A stretch of DNA of 64,000 bases from Candidatus Deferrimicrobiaceae bacterium (GTDB lineage Bacteria > Desulfobacterota > Deferrimicrobia > Deferrimicrobiales > Deferrimicrobiaceae), in NCBI GenBank assembly GCA_963792415.1, contig CAWBVY010000006.1, positions 160,001-224,000 of the forward strand, written 5' to 3'. The position numbers and the translations under genes are program-made. Within the stretch, counting starts at the first letter, position 1. Each line of letters opens with the position of its first letter. The notes under the pieces were generated by a model. It was not told where the DNA came from. It was given only the letters and a program-made list of their open reading frames with translations, and made no database searches. This document shows positions 1 through 16,056 of this stretch, piece after piece.

Positions 1-251
1 CCCCGGATCATGACCACGGAATGCTCCTGCAGGTTGTGCCCTTCGCCCGGAATGTATACCGTCACCTCGAGACCGTTGGTGAGCCGCACCCGCGCCACCT
101 TCCGCAGCGCGGAGTTCGGCTTCTTGGGGGTGGTGGTGTACACGCGGAGGCAAACGCCCCGTTTCTGGGGGCAGGAGTCGAGCGCCGGGGAGTTGCTCTT
201 GTTGGCGACGACCGTTCGCCCCTTCCGTACCAACTGGTTGATCGTGGGCAT
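1..251 (-). CDS. rpsL: 30S ribosomal protein S12 (5' part; runs off window start)
   Basis: Minus-strand ATG at 249-251 reads [11 protein letters not shown]...PQKRGVC...[19 protein letters not shown]. Not in the ORF track because it is truncated. Confidence 0.97.
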   Translation of the reverse strand, partial: MPTINQLVRKGRTVVANKSNSPALDSCPQKRGVCLRVYTTTPKKPNSALRKVARVRLTNGLEVTVYIPGEGHNLQEHSVVMIR

Positions 252-301
252 TCCTGTTCCTTCCGATCTATGGAACTCTATTTCAACAGAACGAACTGCT
301 A

Positions 302-330
302 TTTATAACAATAGTACCGTTCAGTGTCAA
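302..330 (-). promoter_or_regulatory. sigma70 promoter of rpsL operon
   Basis: TTGACA (330-325), 17 nt, TATAAA (307-302) with an extended TG, in an AT-rich gap. Confidence 0.75.
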
Positions 331-370
331 CGATTTTCTTGAAATCCGCTGGTTCCGGGGGATCGGACCG

Positions 371-3300
371 CTACCGTCCCTCCTCCTCGTCTCTTGGATA
401 CTCCGGCTCCGGTTCCGGCATGGGCGGAGCCTCCACAATGAGCGGCGCGTCGGAATCGAAATCCATGGCTTTGTACGCAGCGGCGCCCGTCCCCCCGGGG
501 ATGAGGCGGCCCATGATCACGTTTTCCTTCAGGCCGGCGAGGTAATCCACTCGTCCGTGTACCGAAGCGTCCGTGAGGATCTTCGTCGTCTCCTGGAAGG
601 AGGCGGCGGAGATCCACGACTCCGTCGAAAGCGAGGCCTTCGTGATCCCGAGAAGGAGCGGTTCCGCGGTGGCGGGCTTTCCTCCCGCCTGTTTCACCAC
701 CCGCTCGTTCTCCTCCCGGAAGATCCATTTCTCGACACTTTGCCCCACGAGGAACGAGGTGTCCCCGGGATCCGATATCTTGACGCGCCGAAGCATCTGG
801 CGGACGATCGTCTCGATGTGCTTGTCGTTGATCCGGACACCCTGGAGCCGGTACACCTCCTGGATTTCGTTGACGAGGAACCGGGCGAGTTCCTTGTCCC
901 CGAGGACCCGAAGGATATCGTGGGGATTGGGCGAACCGTCCATGAGGGCCTCTCCCGCCCGGATCCGCTCCCCGTCGTGGACCGTGATGTGCTTGCCCCG
1001 GGGGATCGTGTACTCCCGGGGGGCGCCGACTTCCGGCACCACCTGGATCTTGCGCTTCCCCTTGAAATCCTTCCCCATCTGCACGATGCCGTCGATCTCG
1101 GAGATGAGCGCGTACTCTTTCGGCTTGCGCGCCTCGAAGAGTTCGGCGACGCGGGGAAGACCGCCGGTGATGTCCTTGGTCTTGGTCGTCTCGCGCGGGA
1201 TCTTGGCGATGATGTCGCCCGCCTGGACCTTCTGGCCCTCGTCGACCAGGATGTTGGAGCCACTCGGAAGAAGGTACCGGGCCTCGCTCGAGGTGCCGGG
1301 GAGCTTGCGGGTCGTCCGGCCGCCCACTTCCTTCAGGGAGATGCGGGGGCGAACCTCGGGATCCTTCGACTCGATGATGACGCGCGTGGAACGCCCCGTC
1401 ACCTCGTCGACCTGCTCGCGCATCGTAACGTTCTCGATGATGTCCCCGAACTTGATCTCGCCGTCCACCTCGGTGAGGATCGGGATGTTGTACGGATCCC
1501 ATTCCGCCAGCCGGGTCCCGTCCTTTACCTTCTCTCCATCCGCGACCATCAGGACTGCGCCGTACGGGATCTGGTACTTCTCCCGCTCGCGGTTGTTCTC
1601 GTCGAGCAGGACGAGGTAGCCGTTCCGGTTCATCGCGACGAGGTGCTTTTCGCGATTCTGGACGGCGACGATCCCCTGGAACTTGATGCGTCCCGACTGC
1701 TTGGACTGATGGGAGCTCTGCGCGATCGATCCGGCCGTCGCTATACCGCCGATGTGGAAGGTCCGCATCGTCAGCTGCGTCCCGGGCTCGCCGATGGACT
1801 GCGCGGAGATGATCCCCACCGCCTCGCCGATCGCCACCATCTTCCCGCGCGCCAGGTCGCGCCCGTAACAGAGGGCGCACACTCCCCGCTTGCTCTCGCA
1901 GGTGAGGGCAGATCGGATCTTCACCTCGTCCAGCCCGGACATCTCGATCTGGCGGGCGACCTCCTCGTTGATTTCCCGGTTCCCGGCGACGAGGAGTTTT
2001 CCCTCCAGGTCGTACAGATCCTCGAGGGCGGCGCGGCCGAGGATCCGGTCCGACAGGCGATCGATGATCTCCCCGCCTTCGATCAGCGCGCGAACCCCGA
2101 TCCCGTCGAGGGTCTGGCAATCCTCCTCGACGACAATGCAGTCCTGCGCCACGTCGACCAGCCGGCGGGTCAGGTATCCGGAGTTCGCGGTCTTCAACGC
2201 GGTGTCCGCCAATCCCTTCCGCGCGCCGTGGGTCGAGATGAAGTATTCGCCCACGGACAGTCCCTCGCGGAAGTTCGACCGGATCGGCGTCTCGATGATC
2301 TCTCCGGAGGGCTTGGCCATCAGGCCGCGCATGCCGGCCAGCTGCATCATCTGCTTGTCGGATCCGCGGGCGCCGGAGTCGGCCATCATGTAGATCGGGT
2401 TGAAGCTGATGACCTTCTTGTCCTTGCCGTCCTTCGCCTTGACGGTCTCGGTCCCCATCTCCTTGATCATTTCCCTGGCGACCTTTTCCGTCGCTGCCGA
2501 CCAGATGTCGACGACCTTGTTGTACCGTTCGCCCGGGGTGATCAACCCCTCGACGTGCTCGTTGATGACCTTCTCGAGACTGACCGACGCGCGGTCCAGG
2601 ATCGCCTTCTTGCTGGACGGGATGACCATGTCGTCGATGCAGATCGATATCCCGGAAATCGTCGCGTACCGGAACCCCTCGTTCTTCAGCTGGTCGGCAA
2701 GGATGACCGTGGCCTTCTGTCCGCAGTTCCGGTACGTGATGTCGATCAACTCGGCGAGATCCTTCTTCTTCATCACCTTGTTGACGTACTCGAAGGGCAC
2801 CTCGTCCGGGACGACCTCGTAGAGAAGCACGCGGCCGGTGGTCGTTTCGACCATCTTGCCTTCGATGCGCACGTGGATCGCCGCCTGGAGCCCCACGGCG
2901 CCGCCGTCGTAGGCGATGCGGACCTCTTCGAGGCCGGAGAACTTCTTCCCTTCTCCGATCTGCCCGTCGCGCTGCCGCGTCAGGTAGTAGATCCCCAGCA
3001 CGATGTCCTGGGAAGGTCCGATGACGGGCTTCCCGTGCGCCGGGGAGAGGATGTTGTTGGTCGACATCATGAGGACGCGCGCCTCCATCTGCGCCTCGAT
3101 GGAGAGCGGGACGTGGACCGCCATCTGGTCCCCGTCGAAGTCGGCGTTGAAGGCGAAGCAGACCAGCGGATGAAGCTGGATCGCCTTCCCCTCGATCAGC
3201 ACCGGCTCGAAGGCCTGCACGCCGAGACGGTGCAGCGTCGGCGCCCGGTTCAGCATGACGGGAAGCTGGCGTATGACCTCGTCGAGGGCGTCCCAGACCT

Positions 3301-4561
3301 CCCGCTTCTCCTTCTCCACCATCTTTTTCGCCTGCTTGATGGTGGTCGCGAACCCGGCCTCCTCGAGCTTGTTGAAGATGAACGGCTTGAACAACTCGAG
3401 CGCCATCTTCTTGGGAAGACCGCACTGGTGAAGCTTCAGCTCCGGCCCCACGACGATCACGGAGCGGCCCGAATAGTCGACGCGCTTTCCGAGGAGGTTC
3501 TGGCGGAACCGTCCGCCCTTCCCCTTCAGCATGTCCGACAGCGACTTGAGGGGGCGCTTGTTCGATCCCGTGATGAGCTTTCCCCGGCGGCCGTTGTCGA
3601 AGAGGGCGTCCACGGCCTCCTGCAGCATCCGCTTTTCGTTCCGGATGATGATCTCGGGCGCGGACAGGTCGAGGAGGCGCTTCAGCCGGTTGTTCCGGTT
3701 GATGACGCGCCGGTACAGGTCGTTCAGGTCCGAGGTGGCGAACCGCCCGCCGTCCAGCGGGACCAGGGGCCGAAGATCCGGCGGCAGCACCGGGATGACC
3801 TGCTGTACCATCCACTCGGGCTTCTGCTCGCTGTCCCGGAACGCCTCGACGATCTTCAGCCTCTTGGAGATCTTCTTCTTCTTCGCCTCGGACGCGGTGT
3901 CGCCCATCTCCTTGCGCAGCGCCTCGGAGAGCTTCTCCAGGTCCAGCCCGGACAGCAGCGTCCGGATCGCCTCCGCGCCCATTCCCACGCGGAACCGCTC
4001 GCGGAGGAGTTCCCGCTTCTCCTTGTCCCCCTTGAAGAGCTCGCGGTACTCCTCGAACTTCTCGCGGTACTTCCCCTCCGTGAGAACCTCCTGCGGCTGC
4101 GTGTCGGTCTCCCAGGGATCCAGGACGATGTACTTCTCGAAATAGATGACCGCCTCGACGTCCTTCATCGGCATGTCGAGGATCGTCGCGATCCGGGACG
4201 GGAGGCTCTTCAGGAACCAGATGTGCGCTACCGGGGAGGCCAGCTCGATGTGGCCCATCCGTTCGCGGCGGACCTTCGACTGGATGACCTCTACGCCGCA
4301 CTTCTCGCAGACGATTCCACGGTGCTTCATCCGCTTGTACTTCCCGCAGTTGCACTCGTAGTCCTTGATGGGACCGAAGATTTTCGCGCAGAACAGGCCG
4401 TCGCGCTCGGGCTTGAAGGTCCGGTAGTTCAGGGTCTCCGGCTTCTTCACCTCCCCGTGCGACCATTTGCGGATCTGCTCGGGGGATGCGATCGAGATCC
4501 GGATTCCCGAAAAATGGACAGGATCCTTCGGTTTTTCAACGCGGGTAAAAAGGTCTTCCAC
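371..4561 (-). CDS. rpoC: RNA polymerase beta' subunit
   Basis: [12 protein letters not shown] catalytic motif, N-terminal Zn finger, 1396 aa. Confidence 0.99.
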   Translation of the reverse strand: MEDLFTRVEKPKDPVHFSGIRISIASPEQIRKWSHGEVKKPETLNYRTFKPERDGLFCAKIFGPIKDYECNCGKYKRMKHRGIVCEKCGVEVIQSKVRRERMGHIELASPVAHIWFLKSLPSRIATILDMPMKDVEAVIYFEKYIVLDPWETDTQPQEVLTEGKYREKFEEYRELFKGDKEKRELLRERFRVGMGAEAIRTLLSGLDLEKLSEALRKEMGDTASEAKKKKISKRLKIVEAFRDSEQKPEWMVQQVIPVLPPDLRPLVPLDGGRFATSDLNDLYRRVINRNNRLKRLLDLSAPEIIIRNEKRMLQEAVDALFDNGRRGKLITGSNKRPLKSLSDMLKGKGGRFRQNLLGKRVDYSGRSVIVVGPELKLHQCGLPKKMALELFKPFIFNKLEEAGFATTIKQAKKMVEKEKREVWDALDEVIRQLPVMLNRAPTLHRLGVQAFEPVLIEGKAIQLHPLVCFAFNADFDGDQMAVHVPLSIEAQMEARVLMMSTNNILSPAHGKPVIGPSQDIVLGIYYLTRQRDGQIGEGKKFSGLEEVRIAYDGGAVGLQAAIHVRIEGKMVETTTGRVLLYEVVPDEVPFEYVNKVMKKKDLAELIDITYRNCGQKATVILADQLKNEGFRYATISGISICIDDMVIPSSKKAILDRASVSLEKVINEHVEGLITPGERYNKVVDIWSAATEKVAREMIKEMGTETVKAKDGKDKKVISFNPIYMMADSGARGSDKQMMQLAGMRGLMAKPSGEIIETPIRSNFREGLSVGEYFISTHGARKGLADTALKTANSGYLTRRLVDVAQDCIVVEEDCQTLDGIGVRALIEGGEIIDRLSDRILGRAALEDLYDLEGKLLVAGNREINEEVARQIEMSGLDEVKIRSALTCESKRGVCALCYGRDLARGKMVAIGEAVGIISAQSIGEPGTQLTMRTFHIGGIATAGSIAQSSHQSKQSGRIKFQGIVAVQNREKHLVAMNRNGYLVLLDENNREREKYQIPYGAVLMVADGEKVKDGTRLAEWDPYNIPILTEVDGEIKFGDIIENVTMREQVDEVTGRSTRVIIESKDPEVRPRISLKEVGGRTTRKLPGTSSEARYLLPSGSNILVDEGQKVQAGDIIAKIPRETTKTKDITGGLPRVAELFEARKPKEYALISEIDGIVQMGKDFKGKRKIQVVPEVGAPREYTIPRGKHITVHDGERIRAGEALMDGSPNPHDILRVLGDKELARFLVNEIQEVYRLQGVRINDKHIETIVRQMLRRVKISDPGDTSFLVGQSVEKWIFREENERVVKQAGGKPATAEPLLLGITKASLSTESWISAASFQETTKILTDASVHGRVDYLAGLKENVIMGRLIPGGTGAAAYKAMDFDSDAPLIVEAPPMPEPEPEYPRDEEEGR

Positions 4562-4602
4562 GGGTGCCTCCCGGTTACGTTTCCGTTACGGTTTGCTGCC
4601 GG

Positions 4603-8724
<4,122 letters not shown>

Positions 8725-8753
8725 CGTGTCACCCCGGGGATAAAACCTTGAAT

Positions 8754-8781
8754 GCGGCGGGGGACGGTAGTCCCCCGCCGC
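8754..8781 (-). terminator. hairpin (attenuator/terminator-like) between rplL and rpoB
   Basis: Perfect 12-bp stem GCGGCGGGGGAC-ggta-GTCCCCCGCCGC. Confidence 0.6.
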
Positions 8782-8805
8782 GGTTGCCGACGCCGATGAA
8801 AGCGG

Positions 8806-9183
8806 TTACTTGATATCCGCGGTTCCGCCGGCCTCCTCGATCTTCTTCTTCATCCCCTCGGCGTCCTTCTTGGCGATCGCTTCCTTGACCGGCTTGGGAA
8901 CGCCCTCCACAAGATCCTTTGCCTCCTTGAGGCCGAGGCCGGTGAGTTCGCGGACCACCTTGATCACCTGGATCTTGTTGGCGCCGAAACCGGTGAGGAT
9001 CACGTCGAACTCCGTCTTCTCCTCCACCACCGGGGCGGCCGCACCGGGCGCCGCGGCGGCCGCGGCGGGAGCCGCCGCCGTCACGCCGAACCGTTCCTCG
9101 AGCGCCTTCACGATCTCGTGCAGCTCGAGAACGGTCATCCCCTCGACCATTGCGATGAATTCATCCTTGTTCATGGAAGCCAT
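8806..9183 (-). CDS. rplL: 50S ribosomal protein L7/L12
   Basis: [10 protein letters not shown]...[24 protein letters not shown]. Confidence 0.99.
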   Translation of the reverse strand: MASMNKDEFIAMVEGMTVLELHEIVKALEERFGVTAAAPAAAAAAPGAAAPVVEEKTEFDVILTGFGANKIQVIKVVRELTGLGLKEAKDLVEGVPKPVKEAIAKKDAEGMKKKIEEAGGTADIK

Positions 9184-9229
9184 TTCGTTCGATCCTCCCT
9201 ATGGGTTTTGTGTTTTTGTCGGTTCGGGT

Positions 9230-9763
9230 TCAGCCTGCGACCGCTTCCGCGGGCTTCTGTTTGCGGATGGATTCGAGGACGTACACCAGTTTGCGAGGCG
9301 GCCCCGAGAAGGCCTGGGCCAGGCGGGTGATCGGCGAAGCCAGCCCGCCGACCAGACGCGAGAGCAGAACCTCGCGGGAAGGTACGCTCGCGAGGGTTTC
9401 GACATCCTTCGCGGAGAGAACCCTCCCCTCAACGAACCCCGCGCGCAGCGTCACCTTGGGACTGGCGGCCGCGAACTCCTTCATCACCTTCGCCATCGCG
9501 ACGGGATCGCCATGCGCAAACGCCACCGCCGTCGGCCCCGAAAAATGCTCCGAGAGCCCCTCGAACGGCGTCCCCTCGGCGGCCCGCAGGATCAAGGTGT
9601 TCTTCACCACCCTGATCTCGGCGTCGATCGCGCGAAGCTTCTTTCGGAGAGCCGTGATCTCCAGGACCTTCAGCCCCCGGTATTCCGCGACCACGGTCCC
9701 GCGCTGCGCCGCGATGGCGGCCTTCAACGCCTCGACCGTTTCTGCCTTTCCGATTTTATTCAC
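9230..9763 (-). CDS. rplJ: 50S ribosomal protein L10
   Basis: YRGL...LRKKLR...VVKNTL...GPTAVAF; position upstream of rplL. Confidence 0.98.
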   Translation of the reverse strand: MNKIGKAETVEALKAAIAAQRGTVVAEYRGLKVLEITALRKKLRAIDAEIRVVKNTLILRAAEGTPFEGLSEHFSGPTAVAFAHGDPVAMAKVMKEFAAASPKVTLRAGFVEGRVLSAKDVETLASVPSREVLLSRLVGGLASPITRLAQAFSGPPRKLVYVLESIRKQKPAEAVAG

Positions 9764-9874
9764 CGCGTCCGTTTCCCCCTTTCCCTTTCGAAAGTTTTGG
9801 ACCCTATGACGAAACCCCCGTCAAAGGAAGAGGGCGCGGCGCGAAAGGATGGCATCCCGTCCGACCGGCTCCCC

Positions 9875-9952
9875 TTGTCTGCGCGGGACGGGCGAAGGAG
9901 CGTTCCCTTCGACCCCCTTGGTCGCCTTGCGGCGAACCCGCGGTCTTTGGCA
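9875..9952 (-). promoter_or_regulatory. L10 leader (autoregulatory RNA structure)
   Basis: In the rplA-rplJ gap the minus strand reads CCAAAGACCGCGGG...CCCGCGCAGAC, the AGAC-flanked paired stem typical of L10 leaders. Confidence 0.7.
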
Positions 9953-9982
9953 AAGGAAGTTTCCCGTGCGTGCAAAGAGCGG

Positions 9983-10684
9983 TCACTTCTCCGTCAGCAG
10001 TGCGTTGAAATTCATCCGGATCCCGGGCCCCATCGTCGTGGAGAGCGACAGGCTGCGGATATACGCCCCCTTGGCCCCCGACGGCTTCGCCTTCACGATC
10101 GCCTCGAAGAAGGCCATGAAGTTCTCCCGGAGCTTCTCTTTCCCGAAGCTTGCCTTCCCGATGCCGGCGTGGAGCGTGGCGGTCTTGTCGACGCGGAACT
10201 CGACCTTCCCGCCCTTCAGTTCCCGGACGGCCCTCGCGACGTCGAAGGTGACGGTCCCGACCTTCGGGTTCGGCATCAGCCCGCGCGGCCCGAGAAGCTT
10301 CCCGATCCGGCCGACCCCTCCCATCATGTCCGGCGTGGCGACCGCCTTGTCGAAATCGAGCCACCCGCCCTGGATCTTCGCCAGCAGATCGTCGCTGCCT
10401 GCGAAGTCGGCACCGGCGTCCTCCGCCTCCTTCACCTTTTCGCCCTTGGCGAACACGAGGACGCGCACGCTCTTTCCCGTCCCGTGGGGGAGCACCACCG
10501 AGCCCCGGACCTGCTGGTCCGGGTATTTCGGATCGACCCCCAGCCGCATCGCGACCTCCACCGTCTCGTCGAATTTCGCCCGGGCCGTCTCCTTCAGAAG
10601 GTCCAGTGATTCGTCGAGAGAGTACTTTGCCTCCCTGTTCACCTTGCCCCTTGCTTCCAGGTATTTTTTCCCTTGCCGCGGCAT
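9983..10684 (-). CDS. rplA: 50S ribosomal protein L1
   Basis: MPRQGKKY...KFDETVE...[16 protein letters not shown]; start trimmed to the ATG at 10684. Confidence 0.98.
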   Translation of the reverse strand: MPRQGKKYLEARGKVNREAKYSLDESLDLLKETARAKFDETVEVAMRLGVDPKYPDQQVRGSVVLPHGTGKSVRVLVFAKGEKVKEAEDAGADFAGSDDLLAKIQGGWLDFDKAVATPDMMGGVGRIGKLLGPRGLMPNPKVGTVTFDVARAVRELKGGKVEFRVDKTATLHAGIGKASFGKEKLRENFMAFFEAIVKAKPSGAKGAYIRSLSLSTTMGPGIRMNFNALLTEK

Positions 10685-10749
10685 TTCCCCCTCCCTTCCC
10701 GCCCCGCAAAAAACCCCGGGGGCGACTTCATTGTTGAAATTCGCACCCG

Positions 10750-11172
10750 TCAGACGACGTCGAGCCCCATGCTGCGCGCCGTCCCCTCGACCGTCTTCAC
10801 GGCGGCGGCGAGGTCCTTCACGTCGAGGTCGACCAGCTTCAGCTTCGCGATCTCCACGACCTTGTCGCGCGAGACCTTTCCGCACTTTTCCTTTTTCGGG
10901 GTCTTGCTCCCCTTCTCGAGCCCCGCGGCCTTGAGCAGCAGGACCGACGCCGGCGGGGTCTTTGTGATGAAGGTGAACGAGCGGTCCGCGAACACGGTGA
11001 TCACCACGGGGATGACCATCCCCTCCTGGGACGCCGTCTTCGCATTGAACGCCTTGCAGAACTCCATGATGTTCACGCCGTGCTGCCCGAGGGCGGGACC
11101 CACGGGGGGCGACGGGTTCGCCTTCCCGGCCACGATCTGCAGCTTGATCTGAGCAACGACCTTTTTCGCCAT
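10750..11172 (-). CDS. rplK: 50S ribosomal protein L11
   Basis: [26 protein letters not shown]. Confidence 0.99.
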   Translation of the reverse strand: MAKKVVAQIKLQIVAGKANPSPPVGPALGQHGVNIMEFCKAFNAKTASQEGMVIPVVITVFADRSFTFITKTPPASVLLLKAAGLEKGSKTPKKEKCGKVSRDKVVEIAKLKLVDLDVKDLAAAVKTVEGTARSMGLDVV

Positions 11173-11203
11173 GGCTTCTCCTTTTCCCTTTCCCTGTTCC
11201 CTG

Positions 11204-11731
11204 CTACGCCTTTTCTACCTGCGTGAAATCGAGCTCCACCGGGGTAGCGCGTCCGAAGATGGAGACGAGGACGACAACCTTCCCCTTGTCGGGCTTGACG
11301 CTGTCCACGACGCCGGTGAAGGTCGCGAAGGGGCCGTCGATCACGCGGACGTTCTCCCCCTCCGTGAAGGTGATCTTCGGCTTCGGCTTCAGGCGGCCCT
11401 CGACCATCTGGGACTTGATGTCCTCGACGTCGGGCTCGGGGATGGGAGCCGGGTGCTGGCCTCCGACGAAACCGGTGACCTTCGGGGTGTGCCGCACGAG
11501 GTGCCAGGTCTCCTCGTCGAGGTCCATGTTCACGAGAAGGTATCCGGGGAAGAAGGAGCGTGTCCCGGTCTTCTTCTTCCCGTTTTTCATCTCCACGACC
11601 GTCTCGGCCGGGATCAGGACATCGCCGAAGCGTTCCTGCATCCCTTCCGTGGCGATCCGGTTCAGCAGGGATTCCCTGACCTTCTTCTCATACCCTGAAT
11701 AGGTATGAACGACGAACCACTGTTTCGTCAT
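11204..11731 (-). CDS. nusG: transcription antitermination factor NusG
   Basis: [11 protein letters not shown]...FFPGY...KOW motif; ATG at 11731 with GAGG RBS. Confidence 0.98.
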   Translation of the reverse strand: MTKQWFVVHTYSGYEKKVRESLLNRIATEGMQERFGDVLIPAETVVEMKNGKKKTGTRSFFPGYLLVNMDLDEETWHLVRHTPKVTGFVGGQHPAPIPEPDVEDIKSQMVEGRLKPKPKITFTEGENVRVIDGPFATFTGVVDSVKPDKGKVVVLVSIFGRATPVELDFTQVEKA

Positions 11732-11748
11732 CGTTTCCTCTTGGGGTT

Positions 11749-12030
11749 TCAGAAGCTCAGGATCGACTGGGTGATTCGTCCGAGGGCGAAGTCCACCAGA
11801 CCAAGAAACGCCACGATGATGAGGACGGTCACGATGACCACGGCCGTGGAGGAGACAGTTTCCTTCCGCCCCGGCCAGGTGACCTTCTTCATCTCGGTGA
11901 TCCACTCCCGGTAAAAACCGGTTACCCGCGGGACAAGTGCTGCCGGCGCCGCCGCCCCCCTGCCCTCGTCGGTGGCGGTGCGGGTGCCGGGCAACCGTTC
12001 CATCAACCTGTCCTTGATCGTCTTCGCCAT
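11749..12030 (-). CDS. secE: preprotein translocase SecE
   Basis: EMKKVTWP motif plus a single C-terminal TM helix; lies between tRNA-Trp and nusG. Confidence 0.93.
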   Translation of the reverse strand: MAKTIKDRLMERLPGTRTATDEGRGAAAPAALVPRVTGFYREWITEMKKVTWPGRKETVSSTAVVIVTVLIIVAFLGLVDFALGRITQSILSF

Positions 12031-12060
12031 GATCCAAACGCTCCCGTCTTCGGAGAAAAG

Positions 12061-12137
12061 TGGCAGGCCAGGAGGGATTCGAACCCCCAACCCGCGGATT
12101 TGGAGTCCGCTGCTCTAGCCGTTAGAGCTACTGGCCT
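12061..12137 (-). tRNA. trnW: tRNA-Trp(CCA)
   Basis: AGGCCAGTAGCTC...CTCCAAA...GTTCGAATC...CCA cloverleaf, 77 nt. Confidence 0.97.
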
Positions 12138-12150
12138 TCGCTCCCCGCCC

Positions 12151-12300
12151 CTACTTGGTCTCCTTGTGCGCCGTGTGCTTGCGGCACGTGGAGCAGAACT
12201 TCTTGAGCTCGAGCTTGTCGGGCGTGGTCTTCTTGTTCTTCGTGGTCGTGTAATTACGGTTCTTGCAATCGACGCACGCCAGCGTGATGATGTCCCGCAT
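12151..12300 (-). CDS. rpmG: 50S ribosomal protein L33 (Zn-ribbon form)
   Basis: [49 protein letters not shown]; below the ORF-track length cutoff. Confidence 0.97.
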   Translation of the reverse strand: MRDIITLACVDCKNRNYTTTKNKKTTPDKLELKKFCSTCRKHTAHKETK

Positions 12301-12315
12301 CGTCCTTTCCTTCCC

Positions 12316-13515
<1,200 letters not shown>

Positions 13516-13553
13516 GTGTGCGTCTCCTTGAGCAAATGGAGTGTCGGTCGATC

Positions 13554-13629
13554 TGGAGCCCACGAGCAGGATCGAACTGCTGACCTCGTCCTTACCAAGG
13601 ACGCGCTCTGCCTACTGAGCTACGTGGGC
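13554..13629 (-). tRNA. trnT: tRNA-Thr(GGT)
   Basis: GCCCACGTAGCTCAG...TTGGTAA...GTTCGATCC...CCA, 76 nt. Confidence 0.97.
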
Positions 13630-13664
13630 AAAACCATCAAAACGTCCCGAAGCGCCCTGCGTCT

Positions 13665-13766
13665 GCCCTTCTTCGCTCCTCGCGGCAACCACACCACCGA
13701 CGCTCGGAGCTACGAAGGGCATCCTCCGTAGCTGGCTCCCCGCTTCGTACCGCCAGGGAAGGAGGA
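13665..13766. repeat. bipartite palindromic repeat (CTTCGC...GCTACG family), copy downstream of tRNA-Gly
   Basis: gcccttcttcgctcc...ggagctacgaagggc followed by atcctccgtagc...ggaaggaggat. Confidence 0.75.
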
Positions 13767-13842
13767 TGGAGCGGGCGACGGGAATCGAACCCGCGACCAA
13801 CAGCTTGGAAGGCTGTGACTCTGCCAACTGAGTTACGCCCGC
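13767..13842 (-). tRNA. trnG: tRNA-Gly(TCC)
   Basis: GCGGGCGTAACTCAG...CTTCCAA...GTTCGATTC...CCA, 76 nt. Confidence 0.97.
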
Positions 13843-13860
13843 ACCTATCGCAAACTTGTA

Positions 13861-13888
13861 ATTATACGCAATTTCCGGCGACAGTCAA
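13861..13888 (-). promoter_or_regulatory. internal sigma70 promoter for tRNA-Gly/Thr/tuf
   Basis: TTGACT, 16 nt, TATAAT just upstream of tRNA-Gly. Confidence 0.75.
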
Positions 13889-13923
13889 TCGGTTTTACAG
13901 CGTTTTTTTGACCGCCGCAAGTG

Positions 13924-14283
13924 GCCCGACTTCGCCCAACTCCCTGGAAACAATCTCCTCGGGCTACGTCGGGCAGCCTTCGCTCGAATGGGCTTGCCCA
14001 GCCGTAGCTCGAATGCATAATGGCTGCCTGTACGCTTCCGAGCGAAAACTGGCTTGCCAGCCGTAGCTCGAAAGCATCAGGTTTCACGTACGCTTCCGAG
14101 CGAAAACTGGCTTGCCAGCCGTAGCTCGAAAGCATCAGGTTTCACGTACGCTTCCGAGCGAAAACTGGCTTGCCAGCCGTAGCTCGAAAGCATCAGGTTT
14201 CACGTACGCTTCCGAGCGAAAACTGGCTTGCCAGCCGTAGCTCGAAAGCATCAGGTTTCACGTACGCTTTCGAGCGAAGGCTG
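13924..14283. repeat. palindromic-repeat array with four perfect 58-bp tandem units (14030-14261) plus degenerate flanks
   Basis: Unit gtacgcttccgagcgaaaactggcttgccagccgtagctcgaaagcatcaggtttcac starts at 14030, 14088, 14146 and 14204; partial unit to 14283. Confidence 0.95.
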
Positions 14284-14367
14284 GTGGAGGGGGGAGGATT
14301 CGAACCTCCGTAGGCGTTCGCCAGCAGATTTACAGTCTGCCCCCTTTGGCCGCTCGGGTACCCCTCC
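14282..14367 (-). tRNA. trnY: tRNA-Tyr(GTA)
   Basis: GGAGGGGTACCCGAGCGG...CTGTAAA, long variable arm, CCA end, 86 nt. Confidence 0.97.
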
Positions 14368-14381
14368 ACACATTGTGCGAT

Positions 14382-14482
14382 GCCCTGCTTCGCTCCTCGC
14401 AGCAACCAAAACACCGACGCTTCGGAGCTACGCAGGGCAAACTTCGAAGCCGGCTCCTCTTCTCGCTGCCGGCGAAGTAGTT
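14382..14482. repeat. bipartite palindromic repeat, copy downstream of tRNA-Thr(TGT)
   Basis: gccctgcttcgctcc...ggagctacgcagggc followed by aaacttcgaagccggc...gccggcgaagtagttt; similar to the 13665 copy. Confidence 0.78.
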
Positions 14483-14557
14483 TGGAGCCGACGAGAGGAA
14501 TCGAACCTCCAACCATCTGATTACAAATCAGACGCTCTACCGTTGAGCTACGTCGGC
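14483..14557 (-). tRNA. trnT: tRNA-Thr(TGT)
   Basis: GCCGACGTAGCTCAAC...TTTGTAA...GTTCGATTC...CCA, 75 nt. Confidence 0.96.
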
Positions 14558-14596
14558 GCGTACCCGTACCGACATCCCGAACCTTGGGATTTGATG

Positions 14597-15345
14597 CTAT
14601 TCGACCGAAGATGTCAACGATTTTCTGATGGAATATGCGATGATCCCCGCCGCGACGGAGACGTTCAGCGACTCGGCCCCGGGGGCCATCGGAATCCGGA
14701 CGGCGCCGTCGCACCGGTCCCGCGCCAGCCTCCGAATCCCCTTCTCCTCGCTCCCGAGGACGATCGCCGTGCGCTTCGCGGGGGTGAACCCGGAAAGATC
14801 CGTCCCCTCCGTCCCTTCGGCCGCGTAGAGCCAGAACCCGGCCTCCTGCAGACGCTCGATGGCCCGGACAAGGTTCGTCACCTGGACCACCGGCACGTGC
14901 GCGGCGGCGCCGGCGGACGCGCGGAAGACCGCGCCGGTCACCGGACACGAGCGGTCGGCGGGAAGAACCACGCCATCGAAGGCGAACGCCCACGCGCTCC
15001 GCACGATCGCGCCGAGGTTCCCGGGGTCGGTGATCCCGTCCAGCAGGAACACCCTCGCCGTCCCGGGCAACGCCGAAACCCACTCCTCCATCCCCGCGTA
15101 AACATACTCCGCGATCTCGGCGGCGATCCCGCCCCCCTCGCGCTCCCCCGTCCGCCGCTCCCACTCCTGCCGGGGACACGTGAGGCACGGCAGCGCGAGC
15201 TCCTTCGCGCGTTTCTCGAATCCGCTCCGCACCTCCTTGGGAACCGCGTCGCTCAGCAGGACCTTCCGGGCCCGCTGCGTCCGCGACGCGAGGAGCTCCT
15301 CGACGGGATGCCGCCCCGTAATCCACATGGAACCGCCGGGATCCT

Positions 15346-15349
<4 letters not shown>
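14597..15349 (-). CDS. rlmB: 23S rRNA Gm2251 methyltransferase (TrmH/SpoU family)
   Basis: LDGITDPGNLGAIVRS, LGSEEKG, ESLNVSVA SPOUT motifs; N-terminal GRHPV. Confidence 0.9.

Positions 15350-16052
<703 letters not shown>

Positions 16053-16056
<4 letters not shown>

Noticed and set aside
13845-14135. 96-aa ORF across the tandem repeat
   Set aside because: Translation of the repeat inside a tRNA spacer; no RBS or motif.
14030-14261. Possible CRISPR array
   Set aside because: The units are identical head-to-tail with no unique spacers, and no cas genes are present.
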